Source of the DNA: Octopus vulgaris
Taxonomy: Eukaryota
Assembly: GCA_951406725.2 (NCBI GenBank)
Contig: OX597818.1
Location: 104,904,001 to 104,968,000, forward strand
Length of the DNA: 64,000 nt
Reading direction: 5' to 3'
The position numbers and the translations under genes are program-made. Below, piece after piece: positions 57,311 to 64,000 of the stretch. Position 1 is the first letter of the stretch; the number at the start of each line of letters is the position of its first letter. The notes beneath the pieces were generated by a model. That model saw only the letters and a program-made list of their open reading frames with translations. It was not told where the DNA came from and did no database searches.

Positions 57311-58698
57311 ATCAACCTCTACACCAACATTCCACATGAGTATGGTATAGAGGCAATTGACTTCTGGCTAGAAAAACACCCAGAGACATTCCCTGACCGC
57401 ATTAACAAGTCTTTTATTACAGAATCTCTTAAGTTCATTCTGACAAACAATTTTTTTCTCTTCGACGACACACACTACCGTCAAAAATGTGGCATTGCGA
57501 TGGGTACCAAGGCTGCACCAGTCCTTGCGAACCTCATAATGGGTTACTTCGAACTGTCACTCTATGAAATATCAAGCCAGAAATTTGGACATGTTTTCCA
57601 CACCTACCTAATGGAAAACTGGAAAAGGTATTTAGATGATTGTTTCATCATATGGAAAGAACCTTATGAAAAACTCCTGGAATTCAAAACCATACTAAAC
57701 AACATACATCCCAACATCCAATTCACTATGGAATTAAGCAAACATCATCTTCCATTCCTTGATCTCCTAATTATAAAAACACCTAAGAACCAAATCATAA
57801 CAGACATCTACCACAAACCTACAGACTCACAACAATACCTCCTCTTTAGTTCATGCCACCCAAAACACACCAAGACAAATATCCCTTTCAATTTAGCTAA
57901 AAGGGTATGCACCATTGTCTCGGATCCAAAAACACGAGAAATACGCCTTCAAGACCTCAAAAAACACTATTACAACGTCAATATCCCTCCACCCTTATAG
58001 AGTATGGAATAAAACGCGCCAAAGAACTAGACAACACTACACTGATAACCACCCAACCTAACACCACACACAACCTCAAAATACTTCCATACATTTCCAC
58101 CCACAACCCCAAAAATATCGAAGCATACACCACAATCATACAAAACCTCAGTTTACTGTCAACAGACCCAAAAATGAAAAACATTATAAATACACACAAA
58201 ATCCTCAAATGCAAAAGGCAACACAAATCTTTAAAAAAACTCTTGACAAATGCCAAACTTCACACACCACATCCACCCCCAACAGTAAAAAAATGTGCAC
58301 GCTCAAACTGTGGTACCTGCCCCTTTCTACTTGAAGGCTCTGAATTTACCTTCAAACAAGGTACGAAGTTTAAAATCAAGACTAACTTCTCCTGTTCCTC
58401 CGAGAACCTTATCTACGTTCTCACATGCGCTGGTTGCCAACATAATTATGTGGGACAAACGAGTCTCCCGTTACGTAAACGAGTAACGGTGCATAAAGAA
58501 CAAATAAATCTCCCGGAATACCGACAAATTCCACTGAGTGACCACTTAGACTCATGTGCTAAAGACTTAAACCCCAAATTCTATATATTCCCCTTCTACC
58601 AATGTAAAGACGGGATCACCACACAGGAGAGAATTAACAAGGAGAATCTCTTTATTGAAAAATTCCAAACACAACTTAATATGCAAACTCCTCGTTGA
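57311..58698 (+). pseudogene. Second copy of the PLE ORF, one 1-nt homopolymer frameshift
   Basis: ORFs 57266-58000 and 57907-58698 encode the same protein from INLYTNIP to MQTPR*. Confidence 0.95.
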
Positions 58699-59332
58699 TC
58701 AAACTTCCTTTCTCTACCTCACTCTTCATGGATGGACTAACACAAATATATAAAGATACCATGCATTCACCACTTCAAGCTAAAACTTATATTCTTTAAA
58801 TATCATTTTCACTATTGTTGTTGTTACTACTATCATTTTTATTATAAATGATATGACAATTTGAAATGCAATTGTCTATGCAGTTTTATATTATTAGAAA
58901 ATAATATAAATAAAGTGTTAAAATCTGAAAGTTAAGTTAACAAGCAATTATATAAAAAAGATAATGCAAATGAAGCTAAAATGATAGTTTTATAATTTGG
59001 GTTTGATTGAAGAACTCAAAAGAGTTGTCTCCCCTTACTCACAACACAGGAACTGAAGAACCAGGACCACAATTACTACTACTTCCTGTCCTGCAACATG
59101 CTGAATTTAACAACACAACACATCACATGCTCTTAATCCCTTTGGATCTTAACACCTCAAGGTAATTTTTGGTAAACAACCATAAAACTCAAGATACACA
59201 ACGAACTCACAATGTATCGGAGAACTTATTTTTTAATTTTTGTACATTTTTATCATTATTCTTTTACAAAAAACATTGCAATTTTCTTTTTTTCCCCTTT
59301 CTAATTTTTAAAAAAACTTCTTAAAACATAAA

Positions 59333-59373
59333 TATTCTTGACAAGTCATACATTGACGAAAACCGGTTGAATA
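59333..59373 (+). ncRNA. Hammerhead-like motif in the PLE 3' UTR (U3-A8 core); mirror at 55063-55103 (-)
   Basis: tattc-TTGACAA-GTCA-tacat-TGAC-GAAA-ACCGGT-T-gaata. Confidence 0.7.
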
Positions 59374-59512
59374 AATATATATATTTATATATTTTATCAT
59401 TTTATCATTTTATTAAAATTTTCTTTCATTTGAGCATTCTGCATTTTTAAAAACATTTTTCCTTACTTATCATTTCTCCACGTGCGGTCAACACAACCCC
59501 ACCATTTATTGA

Positions 59513-59598
<86 letters not shown>

Positions 59599-59999
59599 TA
59601 TGTATGTATGTATGCATGTATGTATGTATGTTTGTATGTATGTATGTATGTATGTATGTATGTATGTATGTTTGTATGTATGTATGTATGTATGTATGTA
59701 TGTATATTTCTTTTGTGGAATAGTGGAGCTCGGAACACAAAGCATGTGAGTATTGGGTAATTGGGTTGACAAACACTTTTATATAGAAAAGTTGAAGGCT
59801 AGCCGTAGGGTTTTTCTATTCAAAAAGAGTTGTCAACGCAATATTTACATGCCATTATTTATAGCCTTATGTGATACGACATCCAATATTCTAAACAAAT
59901 TATTTGACGTTCTCTCGAATGCTTATAAAATCCTTATGATGTCAAAAGTGTATGAATATCATTATTCAATTTTTTTTCAAGATTTCTTGCCAATAGATA

Positions 60000-60470
60000 A
60001 ACAACCAGTTTCTAACCAAGAATTTTTTCAGTTCCAATGATGGCCTGGATCTGTGGTCTTCGAATCACCTTTCTCCTTTCTGGATTTGAGAGGTATAAAC
60101 CTGAACTTGTAATCTAGGTAGACTAACTGTAAATTTCTCAATAGTTCAGCATAGTCAGCATAGGATATTCGTTTTCGCTGATCTTCAGCTTCATATTAAG
60201 ATCATCTGGGTGGCTGATTTCTTCCAATGTACATAGTTTCTCTTCTCGGTCCTAAATCAATGTCTCGTCTGTTATGTTTATGTTTTATCGCGGTTTTCAC
60301 TGGAACATTCTACCAGTATTCTTTCCTATTATGAGTGGGTATGGCTTTTACTATACTGCGAGTTCTTATTCCTTTGACTTCAGGGTTATCCTTCCAGTGG
60401 ATCTCGTCAGGATATCGACCAGACTATCGGATGTTGATATACACCGCTATTCACAGTGTTTGATTTGCGT
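60000..60470 (-). mobile_element. Second R4/Dong-like RLE fragment
   Basis: Homologous to 41350-41740 (cagttccaatgatgg..tggatctgt..tcttcgaatca; tttctcaatagttcagcatag). Confidence 0.75.
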
Positions 60471-60497
60471 GCGCGTGTACTAGAATTCCAGGCTTCT

Positions 60498-60546
<49 letters not shown>

Positions 60547-60815
60547 ATAAATTAGAGATAAAACCACTATTATGCAGCTCAAACAGTGATAGACATAAAC
60601 CAAAACATAAACAAACAAATAATATATATTTTTATAAAACATATAACTAGATCTCAAAAAGTACAAAAATGAATGATCAATTTATAATAAGTAAAAAAAA
60701 AACTACGTACTCTAATTTATAATTTATATCTTATATATTCATATTGTGAAATTCGATTTAATACTAAATTGAATTTTTCCCTGTAAGTTTGGAGTTATAC
60801 TCCCTATTATTATTA

Positions 60816-60933
<118 letters not shown>

Positions 60934-61895
60934 CACCACCACTGAAGGTTGATCCAAAAATTCTTCACTTACCCTTGTTTCATTTGAAAATTTCGTTAAA
61001 AGCAAGCGCTTCTCAGCCCTGTCCTTTTTTCCAACTGTATAAGACCTTAGTTCCTTCTTTCCTTTCGCACTACCACTCGGTGGCTGTTGCTTTTTCCCTT
61101 ATTTCTCTGAAAAACTGTTACATTATTGTGCTTATGTATATTTATATACACATGCATACGTCTTTATATATGTATTCATTGTTTGTGCTCGTAATTTTCT
61201 GTCTCTCATGTACATTTTTGTTCTTCACTTTTAACTCTTGTGTATCCATCACCTCAGTGATATTCCCTATATCACTAGGGCATAGTGATATAAGGAATAT
61301 ATGTCTAAATGCATCGAAACGTTGATGACTCTGGTCCATATGGCCGATGAGAGGATTTCAATGTCCATTTGTCTTGTCGTTTTTCGTCAATCATTCCCAT
61401 GTTCCATTTCAATTTTATATGATATACATATGTGTGTGTATCTATGTATGTATGTATGTATGTATGTATGTACGTATGTATGTATGTATGTATGTATGTA
61501 TGTATGTATGTATGTATGTATGTATGTATATGCATATATATATATACATATATGCTTATGTACATATAAAGATATGTTTGTGTATATACGTATATGTATG
61601 AGTGTAAATATATATACACAGATATATGTGTGTGCGTGTAAATACACACACACTCACACGAATACATATATACAGATACAGAGAGGGAGAGAGAAATTTA
61701 TGAGACATGTATATATGTGTGTATGGGTGTGTATGTTGGTGCGAACAGGAAAATTAGAACTCAAACTACGAGTTTATATATGCGTATTTTTATTAATATT
61801 TAGCAGAACCAACAGAGTGACTCAAGGTCCGGTAGTTTCGTGCGTTGGCACAGAAACTCTCGGACCATAAGTCGCTGTGTTGTTTCTACTAGGTA

Positions 61896-61985
<90 letters not shown>

Positions 61986-62186
61986 TGTATACATATATAT
62001 ACATATATATATATATACATATGCAGGTATATAAACACACACAAACGAGTGTTGTCTTTTGAGAAAACTTTTTTGTTCGTTCTTGATTGCGCCTAACAAA
62101 TGTCTTATATAATTTATATTTAAAATCGTAAATAGTAATATATTACTTGTTGTACGTAAGCATATGTGCGTATAACGATATATTTA

Positions 62187-62242
<56 letters not shown>

Positions 62243-62249
62243 TATATAC

Positions 62250-62316
<67 letters not shown>

Positions 62317-62844
62317 TATACATATATATATATATGTGTGTGTGTGTGTTTATATAAATATATATATGTGTGTGTATGTATGTATGTAGATGTATATTTA
62401 TGTATGTATACATGTATAGTGAGATAGAAAGATATATATATATATATACACGCACGCATGAACACACACAGACACACACATCTACACATATAAAGACAGA
62501 TATATATAGAGAGACACACACACAGACACACACACAGACACACACACACACACACACAGAAAGATAGGGAGAGAGAGAAGAGAAAGACATATATGTATAT
62601 ATAAAACCGTTCCTTTAAACTAAGCACAACAGTTTTCATTTGCCAAATTATTCCCCTTTGAATGCTTCTGTATTTTATACCCATTACACTCTCTTCTCCT
62701 CCAGCCCCTCCCAATATTTCCTCCTTATTGTTTATGACAGCCGTTACTGATCATATTATATTTCACTAGGCCTACACGATATTGATTTTTTTTTTTTAAA
62801 TAATATATTCCAGTGAATCGACACTTTCATTCTTGAAGCTTTAC

Positions 62845-62995
62845 ATGGTCATCATTACCATCGTGGTCATCATCATCATCATCATCAGAATCATCATCAT
62901 CATCAGAATCGGCATCATCATCATCATCATCATCATCGTCATCATAGTCATCATCTTCGTCATCATCATAATCAACATAGTCGTCGTCGTCATCG
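62845..62995. repeat. Degenerate (TCA/TCG)n tract
   Basis: Read directly from the sequence. Confidence 0.9.
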
Positions 62996-63064
62996 TAAAA
63001 AAAACTGAATAGTGTGTGTGTGTGTATATATATATACATCTGTGTGTATATGTATGTATATCTA

Positions 63065-63125
<61 letters not shown>

Positions 63126-63127
<2 letters not shown>

Positions 63128-63172
63128 CGGCGGTGCATCAGCATGGCCGCAGCTCTGGGCTGAAACTAGAAA
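63126..63172 (+). mobile_element. Isolated LINE 3' tail within (TA)n
   Basis: acggcggtgcatcagcatggccgcagctctgggctgaaac matches the rc tail at 6950-6993; another at 38790-38820. Confidence 0.65.
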
Positions 63173-63174
63173 AA

Positions 63175-63270
<96 letters not shown>

Positions 63271-63431
63271 CTTCACATAGAAACGAACGTTTATGTATGT
63301 ATACGTTTATATATGTATTCATATGTGTGTGTGAGTGTGTACACACATACACACACAGACATTTATATACATACATGCATATATACGTATGTATATGTGT
63401 ATATGTGTGTGTGGTGCGTGTGTGTGTGTGT

Positions 63432-63488
<57 letters not shown>

Positions 63489-64000
63489 TGTGATGGTTGT
63501 TCATTTATAAGCGCTGTAGGTCATCTTTGATTATTCAAAGAACAGCGCCGTCAATAGCCTTGCAGAACCACTCTACTGGCATTATCCTTGGACAAGCCGA
63601 AGCAAGACAGCGGGTGCCAAAGACGCTCACCGGCTTGAGAGTGTGAGGATGCCACGTCTTCAGCTGACGTTCAAGATCTCCGAAACAGTCGACACCGTTT
63701 TTTCACTCAACAGACTTTACCATCAGAGAACCTCTTTCTAGAGATGTCTTTTAATAAAAGCAAAGAGGTACCTCACAGCCAAGATACCAATCTACTAACG
63801 CACCAGATGCCAATCCAGAATTTCTAAGTACCTCCACTAATACGTTTTTGTACATACACACACTCCCACTCACATACGTGTGCGGTTGTCTGTGTGTATG
63901 TGGGTGGTGCTACTGATGACGCTTAAAGATGCAGAAAAGTGTATTAACAATTCCACTTCTGCTTCTAGACACTTTTTGATTGCTGTATGTATATATATAT

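Larger units (their letters stand above)
54970..59467. mobile_element. Neptune-type Penelope-like element as a 4.5-kb head-to-head palindrome
   Basis: Arms 54970-57126 and 57310-59467 are near-identical reverse complements; the 183-nt spacer is extra 5' ORF of the minus arm. Confidence 0.95.

Noticed and set aside
62827-63144. Poly-Asp acidic ORF
   Set aside because: (GAT)n microsatellite on the minus strand, entered through (TA)n.
63515-63840. Complex, more GC-rich block, possibly a LINE remnant or exon
   Set aside because: No motif I could identify with confidence.
63911-63947. CTGATGA...GAAA..TA hammerhead-like string
   Set aside because: Stems I and II pair poorly and stem III is not palindromic; could be chance or a decayed copy.

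Overview
AT-rich, microsatellite-saturated eukaryotic non-coding DNA (intergenic or a large intron). The repeat content resembles a coleoid cephalopod, probably Octopus; this is an inference from family resemblance, not a database result. I found no supportable host exon, and almost all ORF-track entries are microsatellite read-throughs. The window is a mosaic of transposable elements: two coding Penelope-like elements (PLEs; RT + GIY-YIG), a CR1/L2-type LINE, an L1/Tx1-type LINE, R4/Dong-type endonuclease fragments, mariner and Tc1-superfamily remnants, Helitron pieces and many tRNA-derived SINEs. Two patterns stand out. (1) PLE-type sequences recur as head-to-head fold-back palindromes of different sizes and ages (20.9-21.8 kb, 52.5-53.6 kb, 55.0-59.5 kb, plus smaller hairpins at 2.5 and 22.3 kb), mostly abutting (TA)n. 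(2) About 15 minimal type-I hammerhead-ribozyme-like motifs with palindromic stem III occur, with non-random core variants (canonical C3-G8, compensated U3-A8, uncompensated C3/A8, A6U, G3-U8). Coordinates were read by eye, and the boundaries of degraded repeats are approximate.
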